A DNA stretch of 42,102 nt from Nemertoderma westbladi. Lineage: Eukaryota > Animalia > Xenacoelomorpha. The stretch spans positions 1 to 42,102 of the forward strand of contig JAUCBJ010002994.1 in the NCBI GenBank assembly GCA_032718475.1. The letters run 5' to 3'. Numbering within the stretch: position 1 is the first letter of the stretch; every line of letters begins with the position of its first letter. The notes beneath the pieces are model-generated. The model searched no databases and had not been told where the DNA came from. It worked only from the letters and a program-made list of their open reading frames with translations. A program made the position numbers and the translations under genes. Shown piece after piece: positions 1 through 11,940 of the stretch.

Positions 1-184
1 ACCCAGGGTTTGGGCCAGAAAGGTCATCAGGAAAGGGACTCAAAGAATTGTTGGCTGCTCTCTCTCCAGTAGGGGGTGAGACAGGCAGCCGGTCAGGAGT
101 TAACTGACGCCTGTGAGGCCGATTGTGTCCGGTAATTCCACTGGCCTCTAGTGGCCGGACCTCCGCATTGCTAATGTAATCCAT
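1..184 (-). CDS. 5' end of an ORF running off the left window edge (MDYISNAEVRPLEASGITGHNRPHRRQLTPD...), probably the ORF start of a non-LTR retrotransposon
   Basis: ATG at 184 on the minus strand with 61 open codons to position 1. It follows an RTE/BovA-like motif (minus strand GGAATGGCAAACCA...GTATTTGCC...AAAA...CTATGGA). No domain is visible inside the window. Confidence 0.4.
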   Translation of the reverse strand, partial: MDYISNAEVRPLEASGITGHNRPHRRQLTPDRLPVSPPTGERAANNSLSPFPDDLSGPNPG

Positions 185-590
185 AGTGGGGGTTGGGGGG
201 TGCTTTTTTGCCGAGTCAGCTCTCGGGGCAAATACCACACCCTGGTTTGCCATTCCACAGGGTGGGTGTCGCAATGGAGTCAGATATGAGGCCCATCACC
301 CATATCTACTCTGGCGCACATGACCCACCATTGGCTGTTGCAGCTCATCTGCTGGTTCATGCCCTGTACCCTTGCTGCCAGGTGCAGGTCGCAGTGAAGT
401 GCTCTCAGAGTGGACATGAGATCACTCTACTCCTGACCAGCCATTGGTAGATCACCATCTGCCTGGTCATGCCATATACCCCTGCAGCCAAGTATATGGG
501 TCCTTAATCCAGGACCAAGGGCGTCCTTATCCCAGAACGAAGGGGGTCCTAGTTACAGGACCAGATTTGCCCTAGTAAGAGGGGTGGCTA
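1..590 (-). mobile_element. Putative 5' UTR and ORF start of an RTE-clade LINE, truncated by the window edge
   Basis: The motif just before the ATG resembles the BovA/RTE 5' sequence GGAAATGGCAACCCACTCCAGTATTCTTGCC, recalled from memory. The region is GC-rich and has many stem-loops. Confidence 0.45.
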
Positions 591-3500
591 CCTGTAAGGA
601 ATGGTAGATGGTGAGGACTTCCAGGTAAGAGACAGTGGCTACCTGTAAGGACGAATGGTAGATGGTGGGGACTTCCAGGTAAGAGACGGTGGCTACCTGT
701 AAGGAATGGTAGATGGTGAGGACTTCCAGGTAAGAGACGGTGGCTACCTGTAAGGACGAATGGTAGATGGTGAGGACTTCCAGGTAAGAGACGGTGGCTA
801 CCTGTAAGGACGAATGGTAGATGGTGAGGACTTCCAGGTAAGAGACGGTGGCTACTTGTAAGGAATGGTAGATGGTGAGGACTTCCAGGTAAGAGACGGT
901 AGCTACCTGTAAGGAATGGTAGATAGTGAGGAATTCCAGGTAAGAGACGGTGGCTACCTGTAAGGACAAATGGTAGATGGTAGGGACTTCCAGGTAAGAG
1001 ACGGTGGCTACCTGTAAGGACGAATGGTAGATGGTGAGGACTTCCAGGTAAGAGACGGTGGCTACCTGTAAGGACGAATGGTAGATGGTGAGGACTTCCA
1101 GGTAAGATACGGTGGCTACCTGTAAGGACGAATGGTAGATGGTGAGGACTTCCAGGTAAGAGACGGTGGCTACTTGTAAGGAATGGTAGATGGTGAGGAC
1201 TTCCAGGTAAGAGACGGTAGCTACCTGTAAGGACGAATGGTAGATGGTGAGGACTTCCAGGTAAGATACGGTGGCTACCTGTAAGGACGAATGGTAGATG
1301 GTGAGGACTTCCAGGTAAGAGACGGTGGCTACTTGTAAGGAATGGTAGATGGTGAGGACTTCCAGGTAAGAGACGGTAGCTACCTGTAAGGAATGGTAGA
1401 TAGTGAGGACTTACAGGTAAGAGACGGTGGCTACCTGTAAGGAATGGTAGATGGTGAGGACTTCCAGGTAAGAGACGGTGGCTACTTGTAAGGAATGGTA
1501 GATGGTGAGGAGTTCCAGGTAAGAGACGGTGGCTACCTGTAAGGAATGGTAGATAGTGAGGACTAACAGGTAAGAGACGGTGGCTACCTGTAAGGACGAA
1601 TGGTAGATGGTGGGGACTTCCAGGTAAGAGACGGTGGCTACCTGTAAGGACGAATGGTAGATGGTGAGGACTTCCAGGTAAGAGACGGTGGCTACCTGTA
1701 AGGGCGAATGGTAGATGGTGAGGACTTCCAGGTAAGAGACGGTGGCTACCTGTAAGGAATGGTAGATGGTTAGGACTTCCAGGTAAGAGACGGTGGGTAC
1801 CTGTAAGGAGTGGTAGATGGTGAGGACTTGGACTTCCAGGTAAGAGACGGTGGCTACCTGTAAGGAATGGTAGATGGTGAGGACTTGGACTTGCAGGTAA
1901 GATACGGTGGCAACCTGTAAGGAATGGTAGATGTTGAGGACTTGGACTTCCAGGTAAGAGACGGTGGCTACCTGTAAGGAATGGTAGATGGTGGGGACTT
2001 CCAGGTAAGAGACGGTGGCTACCTGTAAGGGATGGTAGATGGTGAGGACTTGGACTTCCAGGTAAGAGACGGTGGCTACCTGTAAGGAGTGGTAGATGGT
2101 GTGGACTTCCAGGTAAGAGACGGTGGCTACCTGTAAGGACGAATGGTAGATAGTGAGGACTTCCAGGTAAGAGACGGTGGCTACCTGTAAGGAATGGTAG
2201 ATGGTGAAGACTTCCAGGTAAGAGACGGTGGCTACCTGTAAGGAATGGTAGATGGTTAGGACTTCCAGGTAAGAGACGATGGCTACCTGTAAGGAATGGT
2301 AGATGGTGAGGACTTGGACTTCCAGGTAAGAGACGGTGGCTACCTGTAAGGAATGGTAGATGGTGAGGACTTCCAGGTAAGAGACGGTGGCTACCTGTAA
2401 GGAATGGTAGATGGTGAGGACTTGACTTCCAGGTAAGAGACGGTGGCTACCTGTAAGGAATGGTAGATGGTGGGGACTTCCAGGTAAGAGACGGGGGCTA
2501 CCTGTATGGAATGGTAGAATTTGAGGACTTCCAGGTAAGAGACGGTGGCAACCTGTAAGGAGTGGTAGATGGTGAGGACTTGCACTTCCAGGTAAGAGAC
2601 GGTGGCTACCTGTAAGGAGTGGTAGATGGTGAGGACTTCCAGGTAAGAGGCGGTGGCTACCTGTAAGGACGAATGGTAGATGGTGAGGACTTGACTTCCA
2701 GGTAAGAGACGGTGGCTGCCTGTAAGGAATGGTAGATAGTGGGGACTTCCAGGTAAGAGACGGTGGCTACCTGTAAGGAATGGTAGAATTTGAGGACTTC
2801 CAGGTAAGAGACGGTGGCAACCTGTAAGGAGTGGTAGATGGTGAGGACTTGCACTTCCAGGTAAGAGACTGTGGCTACCTGTAAGGAGTGGTAGATGGTG
2901 AGGACTTCCAGGTAAGAGGCGGTGGCTACCTGTAAGGACGAATGGTAGATGGTGAGGACTTCCAGGTAAGAGGCGGTGGCTACCTGTAAGGAATGGTAGA
3001 TGGTGAGGACTTGCACTTCCAGGTAAGAGACGGTGGCTGCCTGTAAGGAATGGCAGATAGTGGGGACTTCCAGGTAAGAGACGGTGGCTACCTGTAAGGA
3101 ATGGTAGATGGTGAGGACTTGCACTTCCAGGTAAGAGACGGTGGCTGCCTGTAAGGAATGGTAGATAGTGGGGACTTCCAGGTAAGAGACGGTGGCTACC
3201 TGTAAGGAATGGTAGATAGTGGGGACTTCCAGGTAAGAGACGGTGGCTACCTGTAAGGAATGGTAGAATTTGAGGACTTCCAGGTAAGAGACGGTGGCAA
3301 CCTGTAAGGAGTGGTAGATGGTGAGGACTTGCACTTCCAGGTAAGAGACGGTGGCTACCTGTAAGGAATGGTAGATAGTGGGGACTTCCAGGTAAGAGAC
3401 GGTGGCTACCTGTAAGGAATGGTAGAATTTGAGGACTTCCAGGTAAGAGACGGTGGAAACCTGTAAGGAGTGGTAGATGGTGAGGACTTGCACTTCCAGG

Positions 3501-6500
3501 TAAGAGACGGTGGCTACCTGTAAGGAGTGGTAGATGGTGAGGACTTCCAGGTAAGAGGCGGTGGCTACCTGTAAGGAATGGTAGATGGTGAGGACTTCCA
3601 TGTATGAGACGGTGGCTACCTGTAAGGAATGGTAGATGGTGGGGACTTCCAGGTAAGAGACGGTGGCTACCTCTAGGGAATGGTAGATGGTGAGGACTTC
3701 CAGGTAAGAGACGGTGGCTACCTGTATGGAAAGGTAGATGTTGAGGATTTGGACTTCCAGGTAAGAGACGGGGGCTACCTGTAAGGTATGGTAGATGGTG
3801 AGGACTTGGACTTCCAGGTAAGAGACGGTGGCTACCTGTGAGGAGTGGTAGATGGTGAGGACTTCCAGGTAAGATACGGTGGCTACCTGTATGGAATGGT
3901 AGATGGTGAGGACTTGGACTTCCAGATAAGAGACGGGGGCTACCTGTAAGGAGTGGTAGATGGTGAGGACTTCCAGGTAAGAGACGGTGGCTGCCTGTAA
4001 GGAATGGTAGATGGTGAGGACTTCCAGGTAAGAGACGGTGGCTACCTTTAAGGAATGGTAGATGGTGAGGAGTTCCAGGTAAGAGACGGTGGCTACCTGT
4101 AAGGAATGGTAGATGGCGAGGAGTTGGACTTCCAGGTAAGAGACGGTGGCTACCTGTAAGGAATGGTAGATGGTGAGGATTTGGACTTCCAGATAGGACT
4201 TGGACTTCCAGATGGTGGGGACTTCCAGGTGAGAGACGGTGGCTGCCTGTAAGTAATGGTAGATGGTGAGGACTTCCAGGTAAGAGACAGTGGCTACCTG
4301 TAAGGAATGGTAGATGGTGAGGACTTCCAGGTAAGAGACGGTGGCAACCTGTAAGGAATGGTAGATTGTGAGGACTTAGACTTCCAGGTAGGACTTGGAC
4401 TTCCAGATGGTGGGGACTTCCAGGTGAGAGACGGTGGCTGCCTGTAAGTAATGGTAGATGGTGAGGACTTCCAGGTAAGAGACAGTGGCTACCTGTAAGG
4501 AATGGTAGATGGTGAGGACTTCCAGGCTAAGAGACGGTGGCTACCTTTTAGGAATGGTAGATGGTGAGGAGTTCCAGGTAAGAGACGGTGGCTACCTGTA
4601 AGGAATGGTAGATGGTGAGGAGTTGGACTTCCAGGTAAGAGACGGTGGCTACCTGTAAGGAATGGTAGATGGTGAGGAGTTCCAGGTAAGAGACAGTGGC
4701 TACCTGTAAGGAATGGTAGATGGTGTGGACTTCCAGGTGAGAGACGGTGGCTGCCTGTAAGGAATGGTAGATGGTGAGGACTTCCAGGTAAGAGACAGTG
4801 GCTACCTGTAAGGAATGGTAGATGGTGAGGACTTCCAGGTAAGAGACGGTGGCTACCTTTAAGGAATGGTAGATGGTGAGGAGTTCCAGGTAAGAGACGG
4901 TGGCTACCTGTAAGGAATGGTAGATGGTGAGGAGTTGGACTTCCAGGTAAGAGACGGTGGCTACCTGTAAGGAATGGTAGAATTTGAGGACTTCCAGGTA
5001 AGAGACGGTGGCAACCTGTAAGGAGTGGTATATGGTGAGGACTTGCACTTCCAGGTAAGAGACGGTGTCTACCTGTAAGGAGTGGTAGATGGTGAGGACT
5101 TCCAGGTAAGAGGCGGTGGCTACCTGTAAGGAATGGTAGATAGTGGGGACTTCCAGGTAAGAGACGGTGGCTACCTGTAAGGAATGGTAGAATTTGAGGA
5201 CTTCCAGGTAAGAGACGGTGGCAACCTGTAAGGAATGGTAGATGGTGAGGACTTGCACTTCCAGGTAAGAGACGGTGTCTACCTGTAAGGAGTGGTAGAT
5301 GGTGAGGACTTCCAGGTAAGAGACGGTGTCTACCTGTAAGGAGTGGTAGATGGTGAGGACTTCCAGGTAAGAGACGGTGGCTACCTGTAAGGAGTGGTAG
5401 ATGGTGAGGACTTCCAGGTAAGAGGCGGTGGCTACCTGTAAGGAATGGTAGATGGTGAGGACTTCCATGTATGAGACGGTGGCTACCTGTAAGGAATGGT
5501 AGATGGTGGGGACTTCCAGGTAAGAGACGGTGGCTACCTCTAGGGAATGGTAGATGGTGAGGACTTCCAGGTAAGAGACGGTGGCTACCTGTATGGAAAG
5601 GTAGATGGTGAGGATTTGGACTTCCAGGTAAGAGACGGGGGCTACCTGTAAGGTATGGTAGATGGTGAGGACTTGGACTTCCAGGTAAGAGACGGTGGCT
5701 ACCTGTGAGGAGTGGTAGATGGTGAGGACTTCCAGGTAAGATACGGTGGCTACCTGTATGGAATGGTAGATGGTGAGGACTTGGACTTCCAGATAAGAGA
5801 CGGGGGCTACCTGTAAGGAGTGGTAGATGGTGAGGACTTCCAGGTAAGAGACGGTGGCTGCCTGTAAGGAATGGTAGATGGTGAGGACTTCCAGGTAAGA
5901 GACGGTGGCTACCTTTAAGGAATGGTAGATGGTGAGGAGTTCCAGGTAAGAGACGGTGGCTACCTCTAGGGAATGGTAGATGGTGAGGACTTCCAGGTAA
6001 GAGACGGTGGCTACCTTTAAGGAATGGTAGATGGTGGGGACTTCCAGGTAAGAGTCGGTGGCTACCTGTAAGGAATGGTAGATGGCGAGGAGTTGGACTT
6101 CCAGGTAAGAGACGGTGGCTACCTGTAAGGAATGGTAGATGGTGAGGATTTGGACTTCCAGATAGGACTTGGACTTCCAGATGGTGGGGACTTCCAGGTG
6201 AGAGACGGTGGCTGCCTGTAAGTAATGGTAGATGGTGAGGACTTCCAGGTAAGAGACGGTGGCAACCTGTAAGAAATGGTAGATGGTGAGGACTTAGACT
6301 TCCAGGTAATAGACAGTGGCTACCTGTAATTAATGGTAGATGGTGAGGACTTCCAGGTAAGAGACGGTGGCAACCTGTAAGAAATGGTAGATGGTGAGGA
6401 CTTAGACTTCCAGGTAGGACTTGGACTTCCAGATGGTGGGGACTTCCAGGTGAGAGACGGTGGCTGCCTGTAAGTAATGGTAGATGGTGAGGACTTCCAG

Positions 6501-7181
6501 GTAAGAGACAGTGGCTACCTGTAAGGAATGGTAGATGGTGAGGACTTCCAGGTAAGAGACGGTGGCTACCTTTAAGGAGTGGTAGATGGTGAGGAGTTCC
6601 AGGTAAGAGACGGTGGCTACCTGTAAGGAATGGTAGATGGTGAGGAGTTGGACTTCCAGGTAAGAGACGGTGGCTACCTGTAAGGAATGGTAGATGGTGA
6701 GGAGTTCCAGGTAAGAGACAGTGGCTACCTGTAAGGAATGGTAGATGGTGTGGACTTCCAGGTGAGAGACGGTGGCTGCCTGTAAGGAATGGTAGATGGT
6801 GAGGACTTCCAGGTAAGAGACAGTGGCTACCTGTAAGGAATGGTAGATGGTGAGGACTTCCAGGTAAGAGACGGTGGCTACCTTTAAGGAATGGTAGATG
6901 GTGAGGAGTTCCAGGTAAGAGACGGTGGCTACCTGTAAGGAATGGTAGATGGTGAGGAGTTGGACTTTCAGGTAAGAGACGGTGGCTACCTGTAAGGAAT
7001 GGTAGATGGTGAGGAGTTCCAGGTAAGAGACGGTGGCTACCTGTAAGGAATGGTAGATGGTGAGGAGTTGGACTTCCAGGTAAGAGACGGTGGCTACCTG
7101 TAAGGAATGGTAGATGGTGAGGACTTCCAGGTAAGAGACGGTGGCTACCTGTAAGGAATGGTAGATGGTGAGGATTTGGAC
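582..7181. repeat. 51-bp minisatellite (GGTGGCTACCTGTAAGGAATGGTAGATGGTGAGGACTTCCAGGTAAGAGAC), about 125 copies, with 54- and 57-bp variants and higher-order duplications
   Basis: Directly visible tandem array. Variants add 3 bp (AAGGACGAATG) or 6 bp (GACTTGGACTT). The rare variant TTCCATGTATGAG recurs at about 3596 and 5463, an offset of about 1867 bp. Confidence 0.97.
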
Positions 7182-7599
7182 AGCATTTACGAATCCCAAT
7201 TTCAATGTAAAACGTCAATAAGAATGACTTGTTGAATTCATTAACTTCCGTCGCTAATAATGCAAAATCTACTTATATTTACCACTTCTTTGAATTATTT
7301 CAGTTGGATTTGTTTATATACAAAGACCACATTAGTATTTTCGTAAACGTGGAATATCTAGACCGGTTCGAACTCAGAATGTCTCCAGAACGATATTCCT
7401 GCTGGTCCGTCAAGAATGGTATGGAGATAGAAACCTTCTCTGGGTCCCGTATGGGCTTATGATTGACGTTTACAAAGAGTCAAGGGATACAACTGAACAA
7501 GGGTTTGGAAGTCAATATATTTAAAATAATGAGCCAATGGTTACGAACAATAGAGAGAGAGAGAATGTTCCATAATATGAGCTTTCCATGGCCCTATTT

Positions 7600-8630
7600 G
7601 GTGTTCGGAGACTTCCCCCCCGGACACTTCCCCCCCGGACACTTCCCCCCGGACAGTTCCCCCCGGTCAACTAGGACACTTCCCCCCCGGACACATCCCT
7701 CCCAGACACTTCCCCCCCGGACACATCCCCCCCGACTGTTTTTAACTTCGCACATTCGTATTTTTCATTTTGTAAGGTAAACGGACCGCTTGTATCCAGA
7801 CAAGTTGTATCAAATTTTCTTTTCGTAGCTCAGAAAGTGATCTTTTGCATCCCGATTATACATTTTATATCCAAGTTTTATTTATGGGTTTTATTAATGC
7901 AATTACATCGTATTGTTTGCTAATCTTTAAACAATTAATTAGATGACCTATAAATTCCATCCCCCGAATGATATACTGTTTGTATTAACTATAAAATTAT
8001 AATAATTTATTGTTTTAATTATAGGTATTATTATGTAATAGTCTTCTTCAAATTTTAGCAGATGGGGATGAATATTATTGTTGCAATCAAAATTATACCT
8101 CTCCAGGGTAAAATCGACATGCGTCGACCTGTATTCTGTGTTCAGCATTACATATTGATATACATATTACTACTATACATACTATATAGATATTATACAC
8201 ACTACATATTAAATTTCCTGGTTACTTGCAATATTTTTAATAGGATTTTGTTTAATTATATAATATTGTAGTAATTTATATATTAATTTGGTTAACATTC
8301 AATACAGCTCCTACTTTAGGCTTAGTCAATTTATTATCTGATGAAACAACATGAATTGATTATTTCAAAACGGTCTGAAAGTCTTTCACCACGGGCACTC
8401 AGGGAAATGCCGGGGTTTGGGGGCAGCAGCCCCGAACAAAGGAAGCGGGGGTTTGGGGGCGGCAGCCCTCAACAAAAGAAGCGGGGGTTTGGGGGCGGCA
8501 GCCTCCAACAAAAGAAGCGGGGGTCTGGGGCAAGTGTCCGGGGGGGAGTGTCCGGGGGGGGGGATTGTCCTACTTGGACGGGGGGGAAGTGTCCGGGGGG
8601 GAACTGTCCGGGGGGAAGTGTCCTAGATCC
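7600..8630. mobile_element. Non-autonomous TIR DNA transposon (Mutator/MULE-like MITE) with GGACACTTCCCCC subterminal repeats
   Basis: Termini GGTGTTCGGAGACTTCCCCC and, reverse-complemented, GGATCTAGGACACTTCCCCC. Inverted arrays of GGACACTTCCCCCC sit at both ends, with an 8-bp TSD CCCTATTT at 7592-7599 and 8631-8638. The interior is AT-rich and non-coding. Confidence 0.85.
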
Positions 8631-8950
8631 CCCTATTTCCCATTCCCAGCTTTCCATGGCCCCATTTCCCATTCCCAGCTTTCCATTTCTCTTATAATCA
8701 TCATTTCAGGTGTTTCGTGAACACTTCATGGACTGTTACGCGCATTATTACCATAGCGTTGAAGGCCCTACTGTAAGAATGATTGGTCAAATAGAATCAG
8801 TTGCTTTCGAATGATCTTATGGGGGATGTTTATTATTGTGTTTCGCATTGTAAGGTACATCCTCATCTTTTTTAGAAGCTTCCAGTGTAAATTTCCCTAA
8901 ATATGTGAGAATAAATTATACTTTTCAGTGAGATGACATCCATTATTAAC

Positions 8951-9065
8951 ATATAGCAAAGGTAAACGGGATAGTAGGATGATTAAAATTACAAAAATAA
9001 CATTAAAATCTCATTTTTGTAATTTTAATCATCCCACCGTACTGTCCCGATTATATTTGCTATGT
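8951..9065. repeat. About 115-bp fold-back hairpin
   Basis: GGATGATTAAAATTACAAAAAT (8977-8998) pairs perfectly with 9013-9034. Outer stems are CGGGATAGTA/TACTGTCCCG and ATAGCAAA/TTTGCTAT. Confidence 0.8.
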
Positions 9066-9723
9066 GAGAATTATATTTCCAATTTCACAGTGAACCTTAG
9101 AGTACAGTTTTTCATACAGACAAATCAGATATTGGGTGGTTTCAATAACAACAAGTGAACAATTTCACTCCATGTAAACTCTTGCAAACACATCAAAAAT
9201 ACATATTTTGCTTGATTAAAAACTAGTAAGAGTGAAGTGAGGTTTATAATGAAGTGTTCGCTGGTTGATTTGAATAAAACTATTTTTTTTCACTTATATC
9301 CAGTCCCAATTGGGGAATCGAATTGAAATTTTATCAGTTAGACCTAGAATAGGATTTAAGTACAAAAATCTAGAAATTTTTAATTAGCGTTGATTGCCTG
9401 GAGTGAAGTGTGATGTATAAGTAAAATACCGTATCTACTCGAATGAGAGCCGAATGATGAACGGTAAGTGTTCCTCTATTCTTAACGAATCTTAAGAGTT
9501 CACTCTACACTTCCCTACTTCTCGTTTCATAGAAGTGTTCACTTGCACGTGTTTACTTGTATAATCAAACCACTATAATGCAAAACGTTTAAAATGCGTT
9601 TATTTGACAAAATTGGTTGTAATTCGCCAAACGGTTTACCAACTACACACATTCCAAGCCACTTTGAGCTGCCTAGTAAACTAATTATCCCTGTCTAGAT
9701 CGCACGCCCGCCTAAAGCCATGC

Positions 9724-10973
9724 TCCAATAGGGTTGGTGCGCGAAAAAATTGTTGTGCTAGAAACAATTTAATAAGTGGTATGGTAACAAGGTGCTCTGA
9801 ATCGAGTGGAATGTGTGTTTTTTGTAAAAATACGAGAAAACAGTCTAAATGGGGGGTTTAAGTAAGCCCGGGAAGCCAATTTTGTAAATCGGCTGTGATT
9901 GGCTGCTACATATTTGACGTCATTACGCAGTGCTCTGATATTTTTTATCTTGGTTGCTATGGGTAGAGATTTTCGATCGATTCAAATATACATTTAATCT
10001 CAATCATTTCACACGTGCCTTATATAAATTGAAAGCGGAGAGTCTTGCGCGTCTTTTGACACTAAAATGAATTAAATTCATAAAGGGCAAGATTGATAAA
10101 ATGCTGTTCACAATTGCAAACTGGACCGATTTCCTGACGGGTAGTAGTCAAGGCAGCACTTCCTTGCCTACCGGTCAGCGCTTGACTCAGCCCTATCAGC
10201 CTATTGCAGTATCTTAGTATAGCAGATTTACTTCATTAAGTAGGCTTTACCGGTGACCGGTACACATTTTTAATATTCAAGTTAGTAAGTAGCCTACTGC
10301 CAATTATTACTGTATTATAGTACCGGCTGACCGGTATTAAAAGTAAAATCTATGCATCAAGTCAAATATATTCATAATATTTTTTCATTTACAGTAATTT
10401 ACTAATTATTTGACTTATCGTACTCCAATTATTACATAGTTACAATTTATTTGTGTGCATGCAAGTTTAGAAAATGTTTCATAATAAATAAAATAAAAAA
10501 TAAAATAAATAAAAATAATGCTATTTTAAATCTAATAATCTGTAGGCCTTACCGTCAGACCATACTTAAACAGCTTGGAATGTAGTATTGATGCAGGAAA
10601 CAACATTAGGCCTATAACACCTTGAATTTAATTAATTGTGTCAAAAGACGCGCAAGACTCTCCGCTTTCAATTTATATAAGGCACGTGCGAAATAATTGA
10701 GATTTAATGTGTATTTGAATCGATCAAAAATCTCTACCCATAGAAACCAAGATAAAAAATTATCAGAGCACTGCGTAATGACGTCAAATATGTAGCAGCC
10801 AATCACAGCCGTTTTTCAAAATTGGCTTCCCGGGCTTACTTAAACCCGCCATTTCGACCGTTTCCTCGCGTTTTTACAAAAAACACAACCCGCCACTCGA
10901 TTCAGGGCATCTTGTTACCCCTTATTCGATTGTTTCTAGACCAACAATTTTTTCGCGGACAAACCCTATTGGA
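9724..10973. mobile_element. Fold-back element or long-TIR MITE: about 355-bp inverted arms (9724-10080, 10623-10973) around a 540-bp spacer
   Basis: The arms align in inverted orientation from TCCAATAGGGTT to AATTAAATTCA with scattered mismatches. No TSD was found. Confidence 0.7.
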
Positions 10974-11282
10974 ATCCACTTCTAATAACGAAACGTTTAG
11001 CTGGATTTTGTTGTAACTATTGTCTCATTGTTTTGTAACCCTCGTACCGCGGTGTCCCTTCACTCTAAATCGAACTGCAAACAATTTAATTATATATTGA
11101 ATGTTTAAAATGATGAATGATAATATTATTATTATGTATACTTATTATTATATATTATATCTATATGATGGTTATTGGTTAGCTCTATTACATTGGTTTC
11201 ATGGAGTATCAGTATCAATAATTATTATTTGTGGCACGTTTGTATGGCGTGCACCGGTACCGATATACCCTTAAGTAAGTAA

Positions 11283-11844
11283 TTCCCAACCAACAGATAG
11301 ACCCCTGTGTCTGAGTCCCAACCAATAGATAGAACCCTGTATCTGAGTCCCAACCAATAGATATACCGCTGTCAGCCTGTGTCTGAGTCCCAACCAATAG
11401 ATAGACCCCTGTGTCTGAGTCCCAACCAATAGATAAACCCCTGTGTCTGATTCCCAACCAATAGATAGAACCCTGTATCTGAGTCCCAACCAATAGATAC
11501 TGTAGACCCCTGTGTCTGAGTCCCAACTAATAGATAGACCCCTGTGTCTAGGTCCCAACCAATATATAGAACCCTGTATCTGAGTCCCAACCAATATATA
11601 GACCCATGGGTCTGAGTCCCAACCAATAGATAGAACCCTGTATCTGAGTCCCAACCAATAGATAGACCCCTGTGTCTGAGTCCCAACCAATAGATAGACC
11701 CATGTGTCTGAGTCCCAACCAATAGATAGACCCTGTATCTGAGTCCCAACCAATAGATAGACCCCTGTGTCTGAGTCCCAACCAATAGATAGACCGCTGT
11801 CAGCCTGTGTCTGAGTCCCAATCAATAGATAGACCCCTGTGTCT
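11283..11844. repeat. 32-bp minisatellite (GAGTCCCAACCAATAGATAGACCCCTGTGTCT), about 17 copies
   Basis: Directly visible tandem array. Two copies share the same extended CCGCTGTCAGCCTG variant. Confidence 0.95.
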
Positions 11845-11940
11845 TTGTCTGGGTCAAGGTTCATACATTTATTAAGAGGTTTCCCACTTCATTTCACAGT
11901 GGGACAAAATGAAACACAAAAAATATTGAATTTGGGAAAT

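Noticed and set aside
1-45. CTGATGA on the minus strand as a possible hammerhead ribozyme core (also plus strand at about 18253)
   Set aside because: No stem II followed by GAAA is present within the visible sequence.
582-7181. CRISPR-like array interpretation of the tandem repeats (also 11283-11844 and 34236-37907)
   Set aside because: There are no unique spacers and no cas genes, and the context is eukaryotic.
553-7218. Repetitive ORFs (SLQVATVSYLEVLTIYH)n and (GSPHHLPFLTGSHRLLP)n
   Set aside because: The unit length is a multiple of 3, several frames are open at once, frames are broken by 52- and 56-bp units, and there is no unique domain.
7463-8697. Pro/Gly-rich ORFs (GHFPP repeats, GFGGGS repeats)
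   Set aside because: They are translations of MITE subterminal repeats.
9428-9455. TACCGTATCTACTCGAAT, resembling a pogo/Tigger TIR
   Set aside because: No matching opposite end was found, so it is too fragmentary to call.
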